DNA from: Thainema sp.
Lineage (GTDB): Bacteria; Cyanobacteriota; Cyanobacteriia; Phormidesmidales; Phormidesmidaceae
Assembly: GCA_052168235.1 (NCBI GenBank)
Contig: JBQLZK010000044.1
Coordinates: 1 to 62,881 of the forward strand
Length of the DNA: 62,881 nucleotides
Direction of reading: 5' to 3'
Translations under genes and position numbers: made by a program
Notes under the pieces: generated by a model
Databases searched by the model: none
Told to the model about the DNA's origin: nothing
Seen by the model: only the letters and a program-made list of their open reading frames with translations
Part shown: in pieces, positions 8,723 through 19,394 of the stretch
How positions within the stretch are numbered: the stretch's first letter is position 1
How the letters are laid out: every line of letters begins with the position of its first letter

Positions 8723-8860
8723 ATGCTGTCCATCATTTTGACGAGCCATGACGTTTTGTATCTCGCTACAAAGTTAGGAGCATTGGCTCTGGTCTTGTTT
8801 GCCTGTTGGTTGGTGCCTAAATTGCAGGCACACTATGCAGAACACCATCAGGCTCATTGA
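8723..8860 (+). CDS. Small single-pass membrane protein
   Basis: 45 aa; GGAGGA RBS before ATG 8723; one hydrophobic helix and a His-rich tail. Ends 18 nt before the USP gene. Confidence 0.55.
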   Translation: MLSIILTSHDVLYLATKLGALALVLFACWLVPKLQAHYAEHHQAH

Positions 8861-8878
8861 TAAGCGGAGGCCATCATC

Positions 8879-9415
8879 ATGTATAAGAAAATTTTGGCCG
8901 CGCTCGATAACAGTGCGGTTGGCGATCGCATTTTTGAACAAGCGCTGGCCATGGCTCAAGCCACTCAGGCTGAGTTAATGCTGGTGCACGGTCTATCGGG
9001 CGAAGAAGACGGTAGCCCGTTTCCCCTTCCCGCCGGAGTGGAAGCGATGTATTGGGCACCAGGGACGGAAATCAACCTCGAACAGTGGCGACAAGAATGG
9101 GAGCGCTACGAAACCGAAAGCCTCGATCGGCTGCGTCGTTTGGCTGCGATCGCAAATCAAGCGGGCGTCAATACGGAATTTCGCCAGGTGGTCGGCGTTC
9201 CAGCCAAAGCGATTTGTCAAGCTGCCCAACAGTGGGGCGCAGATTTGATTATCTTGGGGAACCGGGGTCGCTCTGGCCTCACCGAACTGCTGCTCGGCAG
9301 CGTCAGCAACTACGTCATGCACCATGCATCTTGTTCGGTTCTGGTCATCAAGCTGGGTTCACTGGTCAAATCCGAAGCAGATGCAGCTGCGATCTCAGAA
9401 GCGGCAACCTTATAG
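8879..9415 (+). CDS. Universal stress protein
   Basis: YKKILAALD N-terminus and GNRGRSGLTELLLGSVSNYVMHHASCSVLVI motif. Confidence 0.92.
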   Translation: MYKKILAALDNSAVGDRIFEQALAMAQATQAELMLVHGLSGEEDGSPFPLPAGVEAMYWAPGTEINLEQWRQEWERYETESLDRLRRLAAIANQAGVNTEFRQVVGVPAKAICQAAQQWGADLIILGNRGRSGLTELLLGSVSNYVMHHASCSVLVIKLGSLVKSEADAAAISEAATL

Positions 9416-9444
9416 GACTTTTGTAGGACTCTAGAGATGCAGAA

Positions 9445-10152
9445 TCAAATATCTAGCAGTCCAGCCGGAGGATTGATCTGAATCTGGCCGTTTTGCAAAT
9501 CGACAATCGGCACGATTTCTTCAACAAACGGAATGAGCACTGTCACCTCTGTGGATGCAGTTTTAGCTTTTTGCTGACGAGCTTTTGCAGCTCGACCTTT
9601 GCGACGGGTGAAATCTCGCGTCGAGTTGGGGGCTGAGGGTGCAGATTCAGATGATACTTCCGCTGTCTCTGCCTGATCGACCAGAGAATCTAAACTGTCT
9701 GTCTCTGGCTGGGCTGCATGTCGCTTCACTTCCAGCAAATCATTGCCCGCAGAAATCATCGCCACCACGGTACCAATCGAGGTTTGGGTCATCTGATCAA
9801 TCACCTCTAGCCCAATCAAATCGCTAACGTGAAACTCGTTTTCTGCCAAAAAGGGCCGATCATTGGCTGGCACGAACAGTTTTGCCCCCCGTAGCGCCTC
9901 CGCCTGAGCGCGATCATCGACACCTTGCAGCTTGACGACGTAAATGCCCTTACCTGCGATCGCACGTCCTCGTTCCAGTTCGATCGGCTCTGGCTGTGTT
10001 GTATTGGGCCGTAATAACCAGCGCGTTCCTGGCTGCTCAAATCGTTCAGGGAAATCAGAATCAGGATAGATGCGGACTTCGCCTTTGAGTCCTTGGGCGG
10101 CGACAACGTGGCCGATTTCGAGCCAGTCAGATACTTGGGAGGGTGGGTTCAT
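9445..10152 (-). CDS. rimM: Ribosome maturation factor RimM
   Basis: [28 protein letters not shown] and [14 protein letters not shown] motifs. Carries an insertion of about 55 aa. Confidence 0.93.
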   Translation of the reverse strand: MNPPSQVSDWLEIGHVVAAQGLKGEVRIYPDSDFPERFEQPGTRWLLRPNTTQPEPIELERGRAIAGKGIYVVKLQGVDDRAQAEALRGAKLFVPANDRPFLAENEFHVSDLIGLEVIDQMTQTSIGTVVAMISAGNDLLEVKRHAAQPETDSLDSLVDQAETAEVSSESAPSAPNSTRDFTRRKGRAAKARQQKAKTASTEVTVLIPFVEEIVPIVDLQNGQIQINPPAGLLDI

Positions 10153-10339
10153 AGTAAGGCTGTAGAGGGTTGTAAAGGCTGTAAAGGAGTTTGATTGATA
10201 AGTTGCTGCATATACGCCGTATTCTACTGCGTTGAATACCTGCCAAAGAAACGCTGCTTCTCAAAACCAGGCACAGGGCTTTAGTGTAGAATAGCCTTGC
10301 ATTATTCAGCTGTTTTGTTGAATCCTGGAGTGGTGTGGG

Positions 10340-10948
10340 ATGAAGGCTATTGACTACGTTCACGAGGGATATGTCCACGGGCGGCGGGTTCGAGTTCTGT
10401 CCAAAGCGATGGTTGAGCTAATTCCGCCCGGTGCTCGCGTATTAGACGTTGGGTGTGGAGATGGACTTGTTAGCAGCCTGATTCAGCTTGAGCGGCCTGA
10501 CATCTCAATTGAAGGCATCGACGTGCTTGTGCGGGGAAAGACACATATTCCAGTCACTCACTTTGATGGGCAAAATTTGCCATACGCAGACAACTCCTTC
10601 GATGTCGTGATGTTCATCGATGTTCTCCACCACACAACCGATCCGACTGTTCTTCTCGGTGAAGCGGCTCGGGTTGCAAAGGACTGTGTGCTGATCAAAG
10701 ACCACACCAAGAATGGGCTGCTAGCTGGCCCAACACTCTGGTTTATGGATACAGTCGGCAATGCTCGTCATGGAGTTGCGCTCCCGTGCAATTATTGGCC
10801 TAAGAAACGCTGGTATGAAGCCTTCCGGAATTTAAATTTAGAGATATCCTACTGGACAAACAAGGTCGCACTTTATCCTTGGTGGGCCATGTGGTTATTC
10901 GGTCGATCACTGCACTGCATTGTCCGCCTCAATAAGCAATATACCTAA
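10340..10948 (+). CDS. Class I SAM-dependent methyltransferase
   Basis: VLDVGCGDG motif I; LPYADNSFDVV..DVLHH. Confidence 0.88.
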   Translation: MKAIDYVHEGYVHGRRVRVLSKAMVELIPPGARVLDVGCGDGLVSSLIQLERPDISIEGIDVLVRGKTHIPVTHFDGQNLPYADNSFDVVMFIDVLHHTTDPTVLLGEAARVAKDCVLIKDHTKNGLLAGPTLWFMDTVGNARHGVALPCNYWPKKRWYEAFRNLNLEISYWTNKVALYPWWAMWLFGRSLHCIVRLNKQYT

Positions 10949-10954
10949 GGGTGC

Positions 10955-11413
10955 TTATCGAAATAGATTAAGTGGGAAATGGCCGTAGGTGCCGTTGATG
11001 TCGTCTTGCTCAGAGCCATGACAGGTTACTAAGACGCCGCGTGCGGTGCCTGTGTAGGGTTCTTGGTAGCACTTGCCGTTTCGAAGATTGTACTTCATGA
11101 AAACTGGGGTCTGTGTGGGATTGAGATCTGCTGGGGCTTGAATTTCAATTCCGGTTTTAAGCAAATCGGCATAGCCTAAGCCCGTTAGATAGCTGTGCAG
11201 TGCGGCTTCGCTGGCTTGGGCTGAATCGGCACAGATGCCAAAGGTTTGAAAGTCGGATTCGTTTACTAAAAATTGCAGCGATCGCTGAACCTGATCGACA
11301 ATCGGTTCAGGTAGCGGCGGCAGGGTTTGAAAACAGACAAACTGATTGAGAAAACGGCGTACAGACTCAGCAGTAAGCTGTTCAGGATTGGCAAGCGGCT
11401 GGAGGTCGGCCAT
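10955..11413 (-). CDS. DUF1824-family protein
   Basis: SDFQTFGICADS, YTGTARGVLVTC and GTYGHFPLNLF resemble the cyanobacterial DUF1824 family. Confidence 0.75.
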   Translation of the reverse strand: MADLQPLANPEQLTAESVRRFLNQFVCFQTLPPLPEPIVDQVQRSLQFLVNESDFQTFGICADSAQASEAALHSYLTGLGYADLLKTGIEIQAPADLNPTQTPVFMKYNLRNGKCYQEPYTGTARGVLVTCHGSEQDDINGTYGHFPLNLFR

Positions 11414-11592
11414 AGGTTTAGTGGCAGGTTTAGCGACAAATTAATACGGACTCAACTGCGCTGCGATCGCAACAACTGGGATTAATAAGGATACGGGATT
11501 TTGGTTGATCTTGACCAATCTCTACCACCTATTACGCTAGTCGTCTTTCCATTTCCAGGAGCGCTAGCTATCTCAATCTAAGGATGTATCGC

Positions 11593-12324
11593 ATGACCTA
11601 CTGTCTGAGAGTCGCGGACATTCCCACCACGGAACGTCCCCGCGAACGATTGTTAACGCACGGGGCGAAGTCCCTGGCCACAGCGGAACTGATCGCAATT
11701 CTCTTGGGCACGGGACAAGGTGCGGGCAAGCTGTCGGCTATTGGACTGGGACAATACATTTTGCAGGAACTGGGCCAGCACCAGCGCGATCCGCTGGCGG
11801 TACTGCGTGGCGTTTCTCCCCAGGAACTCATGGATATACCGGGAATTGGCCCCGCTAAAGCCGCAACGATTTTGGCTGCGATCGAACTGGGAAAACGGGT
11901 GATACAAACAAAGCCAGCTGAACGAACTGTTGTCGATGATCCTGCGATCGCAGCCGCTGCGTTGAGTCATGACCTAATGTGGCAGTCGGAGGAGCGGTTT
12001 GCCATTTTGCTGCTGGATATCAAGCATCGCTTGTTGGGAACTCAGGTGCTGACAATCGGCACGGCAACGGAAACGCTGGCGCATCCCCGCGAGATTTTTC
12101 GCTCCGTATTGCGTCAAGGAGCAACGCGGGTGATCGTGGCCCACAATCATCCCTCTGGCAATGTGGAACCCAGTAATGAAGACCTACAGTTGACGCGCCA
12201 ACTGCTGCGGGGCGCACAATTTTTAGACATTCCGCTGCTGGATCATCTAATTTTGGGCGATGGCAATTTCAAAAGCCTGCGCCAAACCACCTCCCTCTGG
12301 GATGAATGCCCTCAAGGCGATTAA
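11593..12324 (+). CDS. radC: RadC family JAB-domain protein
   Basis: ERPRERL, HhH motif GIGPAKA, JAMM motif HNHPSG..PS..D and LLDHLI. Alternative ATG at 11584. Confidence 0.92.
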   Translation: MTYCLRVADIPTTERPRERLLTHGAKSLATAELIAILLGTGQGAGKLSAIGLGQYILQELGQHQRDPLAVLRGVSPQELMDIPGIGPAKAATILAAIELGKRVIQTKPAERTVVDDPAIAAAALSHDLMWQSEERFAILLLDIKHRLLGTQVLTIGTATETLAHPREIFRSVLRQGATRVIVAHNHPSGNVEPSNEDLQLTRQLLRGAQFLDIPLLDHLILGDGNFKSLRQTTSLWDECPQGD

Positions 12325-12421
12325 TATCAAGTCCACGTATAAGAACCCAATTCATATCAAAGGATTCTATAAAAGAGGACGGCAAGGGTCAACCCTTGCC
12401 GTCTCTTACGTGAAATGGATA
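12325..12421. mobile_element. MITE-like element (TATCAAGTCC-end family) with hairpin
   Basis: Imperfect TIRs TATCAAGTCCACGTA / TACGTGAAATGGATA and the internal hairpin GACGGCAAGGGT-CA-ACCCTTGCCGTC. Left end shared with 57113. Confidence 0.55.
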
Positions 12422-12426
12422 ATGCG

Positions 12427-13278
12427 CTAGCGCAAGCGCTGAATGCGGTTGTCGTAAGCAACGGTGTCGAGACCATCACCGACATCTGCGATCGCAGGAT
12501 CGATTAATGCCTGTAGGCGTTCAACTCGATCGCTAGCGGCAGGGTGAGTGCTCAAGAAGGTGGGCGGAGAGGGCTGTCCGACCAGTTTCTCCATGAATGC
12601 TGGCATGGCAGAGGGCGCATATCCCGCATCAATCAGGTTGGCTAGTCCTCGCTCATCGGCTTCAAACTCGTCGCCTCGGCTGGCGGGTCGGCGCAGCGCC
12701 AGGTCAACTCCAATGGCCACTGCCACGTTACTGTCTAGACCAGCCGCGCTGGCAATGCCTTGGGCGATCATGGTTTCGCGCATTTGTTCCAGTGCATGAC
12801 GCGAGGCCACATGGCCTACTTCGTGACCGACGACGCTGGCGAGTTGAGCTTCATTATCGGCTGCTTCCATCAGTCCTGTCGTGACATAAACGTAGCCGCC
12901 CATTGTGGCAAATGCGTTGATGTTGGGATCTTCCACGATTTGGAACGTGTAGGGAATGCCGGGACGACTGCTGGCAGCCGCCATCCGTTGACCAATGGCA
13001 TCAACGTATTCATTCAAGTCGCGATCGCGATAGAGACGAAAGCTCCGGCCCACCATTTGATCATTGATCTGCTTGCCCAGACGAACTTCCTGGGCATCCG
13101 ACATATTCTCAATTTGGATGATCTGAATGCCCCGGAAAATCAACTCAAAAATGGATAGAGCATGAGAGGGTCGAGGAGTGGCAACGCTAATGCCTAAAGC
13201 CATCACAGCAGCCATCAGTCCATATAGCCAGCGGCGGCGCAATTGATGCATAAAAAAAGAAGATACGAGTTTCAGCAT
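12427..13278 (-). CDS. M48-family zinc metallopeptidase, probably exported
   Basis: INAFATMGG, HEVGH, E.EAD and FLSTHP motifs; signal-peptide-like N-terminus. Confidence 0.9.
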   Translation of the reverse strand: MLKLVSSFFMHQLRRRWLYGLMAAVMALGISVATPRPSHALSIFELIFRGIQIIQIENMSDAQEVRLGKQINDQMVGRSFRLYRDRDLNEYVDAIGQRMAAASSRPGIPYTFQIVEDPNINAFATMGGYVYVTTGLMEAADNEAQLASVVGHEVGHVASRHALEQMRETMIAQGIASAAGLDSNVAVAIGVDLALRRPASRGDEFEADERGLANLIDAGYAPSAMPAFMEKLVGQPSPPTFLSTHPAASDRVERLQALIDPAIADVGDGLDTVAYDNRIQRLR

Positions 13279-13388
13279 GGTGTGTATGAGGAATGAACAG
13301 CAGTTCAGCAGGAGGCAACCGTGTCACTAAACGGCTATGACGCGGATGTTGCACAAAATGTTGCCAATTTTTTTAGGTACAGTTTTAG

Positions 13389-13469
13389 GGTAATGGTATT
13401 CAGGTAATGATTTTTGGATGTGTGGGCGATGCCCACACATCCAAAAATCATTACCTTTTGAGAACTACC
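13389..13469. mobile_element. 81-bp IS1-like MITE with 9-bp target duplication
   Basis: Ends GGTAATGG...GAACTACC; CAGTTTTAG repeated at 13380-13388 and 13470-13478; internal perfect hairpin of about 25 bp with loop GAT. Confidence 0.75.
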
Positions 13470-13630
13470 CAGTTTTAGGTACAGGAATACATCAAATGGG
13501 AAAACCAAATGGGTAAATACGTCCGGCAAATTGCGATCGCGGTCTGCATAAAATGCGATAGATTAGCTTGGAGCAATGAGCACTAAACTCAGCTTGCCCA
13601 TAATTTGCAATGAGGCAACGGCATATAACT

Positions 13631-14173
13631 ATGGCAATCATTGATTCGAAAGGACGCCTGTTTGGTAAGGTCAGCATCTTAGACATCGGTGCTGCCCTAA
13701 TTATTTTGCTGGCGATCTTCGGGATCTTCTTTTATCCAGGCGCATCCGGCACGGTGGCCCAGGTTGGCGTGACTACCGAGCCCGTCCAGGTTGACGTGAT
13801 GGTGCGCGGCTTGACGGTGAGCGATCCGGCGGCTCTGCTGGAGGAACTGAAAACCGCAGAGACAACTAATATTATTATCCGCAATCAGCCCTACGGTGAA
13901 GTTGCGATCTCAGAGGTGAAATCCCTACCGCGCAGCGTTGCCGTCCCGCAGCCGGATGGTTCCGTCAGCACGGCACCTGATCCCCGGCCGGAGTTGAACT
14001 ACACAGTTGATATGCTGATCACGCTGCAAAGCAATGCTCAGGTGACGGGTGACGGCATTGTTTTTGGCAATAACAAGGTCAAAATTGGCACTCAAATTGA
14101 GCTAGAAGGATTTGACTACAACTTCAACACCAGCGTCGTCGGCGTTCGCCAGGTTGAAGAAGAGGAAGCATAA
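13631..14173 (+). CDS. DUF4330-family protein
   Basis: IIDSKGRLFGKVSILD N-terminus, one TM helix, IIIRNQPYG and GNNKVKIG. Confidence 0.8.
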   Translation: MAIIDSKGRLFGKVSILDIGAALIILLAIFGIFFYPGASGTVAQVGVTTEPVQVDVMVRGLTVSDPAALLEELKTAETTNIIIRNQPYGEVAISEVKSLPRSVAVPQPDGSVSTAPDPRPELNYTVDMLITLQSNAQVTGDGIVFGNNKVKIGTQIELEGFDYNFNTSVVGVRQVEEEEA

Positions 14174-14204
14174 GTTTTAGCTTTCGCCACTTCTATCTTC
14201 ATTC

Positions 14205-14249
14205 AAAAAGGACTGCTATTGCCGCGACGCGGCAATAGCAGTCCTTTTT
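14205..14249. terminator. Bidirectional terminator-like 21-bp hairpin
   Basis: AAAAAGGACTGCTATTGCCGC-GAC-GCGGCAATAGCAGTCCTTTTT between convergent genes. Confidence 0.75.
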
Positions 14250-14256
14250 TATAGAG

Positions 14257-16434
14257 TTATCCAATTTGGCGCAAGACCATTAGCGATCGCGCCACGACGC
14301 GAATCGATTTATCGCCTGTGAAGATCACGGTTTCGTCTAGAAAACGCAGCTTTTTCGTATCGAGCACTAAACCCCACTGCCGATCTTGCAGATTATCCGG
14401 AATGGTGTACTTCAGCGCCTCGTAGTAGGCATTGAAAAAGAGCAGAAAATTATCATCAATCACCCGCTCACCTCGATAGCCCGGTGCAGCGATTTCTTCG
14501 CCGTTTAGGAAAATGCTGATTGATTTAGCCGAGCCGTCATGCCACTGTTCTTCGCTCATTGTGGTGCCGTCGGGATTGAACCAGCCAATATCAATCACAC
14601 CAGAGCCGTGAATTTCTCGACCCTGGAACCAGTGCCGTCGCCGAAAGATCGGATGCCGCATCCGAAACTGGATCAGCTGACGAGTAAATTCCAGCAGGTC
14701 AGCGTTTTTCTCGCGCAGATCCCAATTGAACCAAGACAGCTCATTGTCCTGACAGTAAGTATTGTTGTTGCCGTTCTGAGAGCGGCCTATCTCATCACCA
14801 CCCAGCAGCATTGGCACCCCCTGAGACAGCATCATCGTCGCCAGAAAGTTACGCTGCTGCCGCGCCCGCATCTGTAAGACGACGGGATCATCGGTTAAGC
14901 CCTCTTCGCCACAGTTCCAGGAGCGGTTGTAGCTTTCGCCATCTCGATTCTCTTCACCGTTGGCCTCATTGTGCTTCTCGTTGTAGCTGACCAAATCGTT
15001 GAGCGTAAAGCCATCGTGAGCGGTAATGAAGTTAATGCTGGCGTGGGGTCGCCGACCGTTGATTTCATACAGGTCAGAACTGCCCGTAAACCGATAGGCA
15101 AATTCGGCCATGCCGCTGTGTTCGCTACGCCACAGATCTCGAACCGTATCGCGATATTTGCCGTTCCATTCCGACCACAGCAGCGGAAATTTGCCGACCT
15201 GATAGCCACCCTCGCCCACGTCCCAAGGTTCAGCAATTAACTTGATCACGCTGAGAACTGGATCTTGGTGAATGATGTCAAAGAACGCTGCCAGGCTGTC
15301 TACTTCATATAGTTCGCGCGCTAGGGCAGACGCTAAGTCAAAGCGGAAGCCATCAACGTGCATTTCCAGCACCCAATAGCGCAAGCTATCCATAATCAGC
15401 TTCAAAATCTGGGGATGGCGCACATTCAGCGAGTTGCCGCAGCCCGTGAAGTCCATGTAGTAGCGCGGATTGTCCTCAACTAGGCGATAGTATGCGGCAT
15501 TGTCGATGCCTCGGAAGCTGACCGTGGGACCAAGGTGATTGCCTTCGCCCGTGTGGTTATACACCACATCCAGGATCACCTCAATACCCGCCGCGTGCAT
15601 GGCCTTGACCATTTCCTTGAACTCCCGCACCTGTTCGCCCATAATGCCGCTGGCGCTGTAGCCGGAGTAGGGAGCCATGAAGTTAATCGAGTCATAACCC
15701 CAGTAGTTACGCAGGCCATGCTCGACTAAGTGACCAGGACAGGCATTGAAATGGTGGACGGGCAGCAGTTCAATCGCGGTGATCCCCAGCGATTTCAAAT
15801 GTGCGATCGCAGCCGGATGAGCTAATCCCGCATAGGTGCCCCGCAGATGCTCTGGGATGTCCGGGTGCAGCATCGTAAACCCTTTGACATGGATTTCGTA
15901 GATCACCGTCTCATGCCAAGGCGTATCCAAAATGCGATCGCCGCCCCAATCAAACGAGTCATCGACGACAACGCACTTGGGGATCAGGTGGGCGCTGTCT
16001 AACTCATCAACGAATAGATCCAGCGATGGTTCAATATAGTCATCGTCCTGATCATCTTCCGGGGGGGATGGCGGTAGCTCTGCCTCAGTGTCATAGCCGA
16101 ACAGTTCCTGGCCAAATTTGAGATCACCTGAGATCGCTTTTGCGTAGGGATCAATTAATAGCTTATTGGGGTTGAAGCGATGGCCTGCCAAGGGATTGTA
16201 GAGGCCGTGTACCCGATAGCCATAGCGTTGCCCCGGCTGAATGCCTGGAACATAGCCGTGCCAAATATAGTTATCTTCTTCTACCAGTTCAATGCGGGTT
16301 TCATGTCCTGACTCATCAAATAGACATAGCTCGACTTTCGTCGCATTTTCTGAAAAAAGCGCAAAATTAGTCCCTTCTCCATCCCACGTTGCACCGAGGG
16401 GGTGAGTTGAACCTGGCCAAACAACTGGTTGCAT
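14257..16434 (-). CDS. glgX: Glycogen debranching enzyme (isoamylase, GH13)
   Basis: NYWGYDS, DVVYNHT, DGFRFDLA, IAEPWD and NFITAHDGFTL motifs. ATG at 16434. Confidence 0.95.
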   Translation of the reverse strand: MQPVVWPGSTHPLGATWDGEGTNFALFSENATKVELCLFDESGHETRIELVEEDNYIWHGYVPGIQPGQRYGYRVHGLYNPLAGHRFNPNKLLIDPYAKAISGDLKFGQELFGYDTEAELPPSPPEDDQDDDYIEPSLDLFVDELDSAHLIPKCVVVDDSFDWGGDRILDTPWHETVIYEIHVKGFTMLHPDIPEHLRGTYAGLAHPAAIAHLKSLGITAIELLPVHHFNACPGHLVEHGLRNYWGYDSINFMAPYSGYSASGIMGEQVREFKEMVKAMHAAGIEVILDVVYNHTGEGNHLGPTVSFRGIDNAAYYRLVEDNPRYYMDFTGCGNSLNVRHPQILKLIMDSLRYWVLEMHVDGFRFDLASALARELYEVDSLAAFFDIIHQDPVLSVIKLIAEPWDVGEGGYQVGKFPLLWSEWNGKYRDTVRDLWRSEHSGMAEFAYRFTGSSDLYEINGRRPHASINFITAHDGFTLNDLVSYNEKHNEANGEENRDGESYNRSWNCGEEGLTDDPVVLQMRARQQRNFLATMMLSQGVPMLLGGDEIGRSQNGNNNTYCQDNELSWFNWDLREKNADLLEFTRQLIQFRMRHPIFRRRHWFQGREIHGSGVIDIGWFNPDGTTMSEEQWHDGSAKSISIFLNGEEIAAPGYRGERVIDDNFLLFFNAYYEALKYTIPDNLQDRQWGLVLDTKKLRFLDETVIFTGDKSIRVVARSLMVLRQIG

Positions 16435-16970
16435 CGCTGTCCCTTCAATACAAGTCAATATAAGTTTGATAAAATCCTGCTGCGTCTTGTTTCTCGACTC
16501 ACATCTTACACCTGAAACTTTTAAGACACGGTGGGCGCAAACTCTTCTTCTCTTCAAACCCACGCTTTGCTAGGTGCAAAATCAAAATCGAAACAAGCTC
16601 AGAGCGTCCACCCTACCCTACTGCAAAGTGCTAAAACTGCGTCTGACTTAAGCTACATTTCCACAACTTAAACCTTGATTTACCTTGAAGTCGGCGTTTT
16701 CCCGAACAAACTTCAGATCTCAAGGTAAATTTAGACGCGCTGCAAGTAGGCTGCTGTTTTGCGTCATTCTGGAATCCTATATAAGCGTTTTACTCCAGCC
16801 ATCTAGATATCCTTCGTCCTAAAATGTATCAGTGCTGGTACGTTGCTGGTATGTTTGATATGTCGAAGTCGCTCGACACACAGTCTGGCTATCGACACAA
16901 ATTGCTGACAAAAATCGCTCAGTGCCAAGCGCTCAGCAACAACGGTTGAATCTAACTGCTCCGTGGAGGT

Positions 16971-17846
16971 ATGACACCCGTGGATGAGCTAAGGGCGGGA
17001 TTAGAACTCGCGACTGAAGATGAGCTAGCCGTGTTAACGGACTTGATGTTTCGTCGTCGATTGAATCCGCTGGACTATCTATGCAGTCCAGAACCCATTG
17101 ATATTCAAAGCCAACACTACGATGACTGGATCACCTCCCTTGAAGATCGCTTTCGGTTTCTTGCCGCAGACGGCATGACTGTCCTCAAGGGACAAGTACA
17201 AACCGTTAGCTATCGCCAAGCCCTCATCCAGCTTTGCCGTTTTTTAAAAATCACCTATACTCCTGACTGGAGCACGCTCGACTTAGAATCCGAGGTTTTT
17301 CTACATTTACTTCTGCGCACCTGGAATCGGCTCCCCAGCCAGGAGAAAACGGCTTTAGCAAATAATGTCAAAGCGTCACTCAATACGGCTCAGCTTACGC
17401 CTCATCTTCCTCCGGCCCTGCGCCGCGATCCCTTACGGCTATTGCTCAAAGGCAGTAGCGCTCTAGCGGTTTCGTCGGTGTTACGCCCCTGGTTACTGAA
17501 ACAAATTGCCCGCCAGTTTGCCGTACAAGCAGCCACTTACCAGGCGGCAAAGCAAACGCTGGTGCGGGGTGGCACAGTCATGGCGGCACAAGTTCAAAGC
17601 CGGGTTGCGGCTCAAATGGCCGCTCGCGGCATGGTGGTACAAACGGCTCGCTACAGCGCAGTCCGAAGCATCATGGCTTTTCTGGGCCCTGCACTATGGG
17701 CTTATTTCTTTGCTGATTTAGGTTGGCGAACAATTTCAATCAACTATGGCCGGATTCTGCCAGTGGTGTTTATTCTGGCTCAAATTCGCTTGACTCGATC
17801 CGTGGAGGACTACGAGGCAGATCGATGGATGCAGGTGGTGGAATAA
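16971..17846 (+). CDS. YaaW-like protein
   Basis: DELRAGLELATEDEL, RFRFLAADG and ADLGWRTISINYGRILP resemble cyanobacterial YaaW proteins; GGAGG RBS. Confidence 0.7.
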   Translation: MTPVDELRAGLELATEDELAVLTDLMFRRRLNPLDYLCSPEPIDIQSQHYDDWITSLEDRFRFLAADGMTVLKGQVQTVSYRQALIQLCRFLKITYTPDWSTLDLESEVFLHLLLRTWNRLPSQEKTALANNVKASLNTAQLTPHLPPALRRDPLRLLLKGSSALAVSSVLRPWLLKQIARQFAVQAATYQAAKQTLVRGGTVMAAQVQSRVAAQMAARGMVVQTARYSAVRSIMAFLGPALWAYFFADLGWRTISINYGRILPVVFILAQIRLTRSVEDYEADRWMQVVE

Positions 17847-18109
17847 GAGGGAGTCTTGGAGTCCTCAAAACAGTAGTATTCCCCATCCTGCCTATTCTCG
17901 TTAAAATACCGGGAGACCTGTCTGAATTAATGCCGAATCTGCTAGAAAGCATCCGAATTATTTTTGTGAAAATCCACGCGCAGTCTGACGTTCACAAAAA
18001 ATACAATCGGTTATGAGCGGATTTCCGATAAGGTAGCCGACTGCACTTGATCGCGGCTGAAGGCAGATCGAATGACCAGGAGGACAACGGAACAGGATTG
18101 TATTCGTGT

Positions 18110-18988
18110 ATGGCGACTTCAAAAGCACCCGCAGATACTTATTACGACCTGTTAGGATTAGCTCCTTCTGCCTCTGTTCAAGACATTCGCCGCGCCTATC
18201 GCGATCGCAGTAAGCTCTACCACCCCGACACGACCCAGCTACCGCCAGAGCTGGCCAAGGCCAAGTTTCACCTGTTAAACGAAGCCTATGCCACCCTCAG
18301 CAGCCCAGAGCGGCGATTGCAATACGACCAAAAAATTGGCTATTCGCGCATTCCAGTGATTCAAGTGAGATCGGATTTGAATCGACCCGTGAATCGCGAT
18401 CGCATCCAGCCGTTTCGCTCAACGAAAGATTATCTTGATCCCACAGATCGACCGCTATCGGCAGGCGAGATGTTTGCCCTATTTTTACTCGGGATCACCT
18501 TCGTCGCCTGTCTGATTCTTGTGGTCACGATTGGGCTAACGCAGGGAGAGTCGGCCTTCCAATCTCATCCGGCTCAGGTGCCGCTTGATTTCTTCAGGTC
18601 TGCTCATAAGCAAGATGCAGCGGTTTCTCAGCCCGGCAGTTCATTGTCAGATCCTCAATCTGAGTTTCCCGCTACCGCACCAGAAGCTCCGCCTGTTCAA
18701 CCCTCTAGTTCACCTCTGCAACAGCCATCTACTCCTTCTCAGGCACCGGAAACCACAATTCCTCACCTTCAAGCGCCATCAGCCGCCGTACCACCATTCT
18801 CGAATCAGCAGGAAGATACGCGAGAATCTGCTCGCAAGCAGGATACGGTTTCGGTGCCACCTTCTCGTCCGTTGAGTACACAATTCGGTGCTCAGCGCTC
18901 AGAAGCAGCATTTAAAGCTGAACCCGCTACTAAAACTGTTGCTGATCCGGATATACAAGTACCTGGAATAGATGATAAATCTTTATAG
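18110..18988 (+). CDS. DnaJ (J-domain) membrane protein with Pro/Ser-rich tail
   Basis: YYDLLG..IRRAYRDRSKLYHPD..LNEAYATLS; one TM helix. ATG at 18110. Confidence 0.85.
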   Translation: MATSKAPADTYYDLLGLAPSASVQDIRRAYRDRSKLYHPDTTQLPPELAKAKFHLLNEAYATLSSPERRLQYDQKIGYSRIPVIQVRSDLNRPVNRDRIQPFRSTKDYLDPTDRPLSAGEMFALFLLGITFVACLILVVTIGLTQGESAFQSHPAQVPLDFFRSAHKQDAAVSQPGSSLSDPQSEFPATAPEAPPVQPSSSPLQQPSTPSQAPETTIPHLQAPSAAVPPFSNQQEDTRESARKQDTVSVPPSRPLSTQFGAQRSEAAFKAEPATKTVADPDIQVPGIDDKSL

Positions 18989-19055
18989 TTTAAGGTTCGG
19001 CTCATTTGCAGCTAGAGCCACTTCTCGTCATCAACGCAATCCAATTTCTATAAGC

Positions 19056-19331
19056 ATGACCCTTCCTTCACCGGATACACCCCTTTACAATCATCCGCTG
19101 CCCGAAATTGAAGCCTGGTTAACGTCCAAAGGCTGCGAGCAAGACCAAGATAATTTGCACTGCTGGAGCGTGGAACGCCCAGATTGGCACGCGGACTTAA
19201 TTTTAGACACTGATTCACTGCTAGTTCGCTATCGTCGCACTCAAGATGGGGCGGGAGGCGAGATTCAGCGCGGTTTCAAGTATTCCCTCAGTCGCCAAGA
19301 CCTAGATGAGGCAATTTTTTCAGGCCCATAA
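19056..19331 (+). CDS. DUF3143-family protein
   Basis: LPSPDTPLYNHPLPEIEAWL and FKYSLSRQDLDEAIFSGP. Confidence 0.8.
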   Translation: MTLPSPDTPLYNHPLPEIEAWLTSKGCEQDQDNLHCWSVERPDWHADLILDTDSLLVRYRRTQDGAGGEIQRGFKYSLSRQDLDEAIFSGP

Positions 19332-19343
19332 TGGATTTCTAAC

Positions 19344-19382
19344 AGCATAGGGAGACGCTGCGACGCAGCGTCTCCCTATGCT
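19344..19382. terminator. 18-bp perfect hairpin between convergent genes
   Basis: AGCATAGGGAGACGCTGC-GAC-GCAGCGTCTCCCTATGCT. Confidence 0.6.
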
Positions 19383-19394
19383 TGGCAAGACCAC

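Noticed and set aside
11593..12324. radC as a marker of a mobile element
   Set aside because: It is the full-length HhH plus JAB chromosomal form among core genes, with no integrase or conjugation genes nearby.
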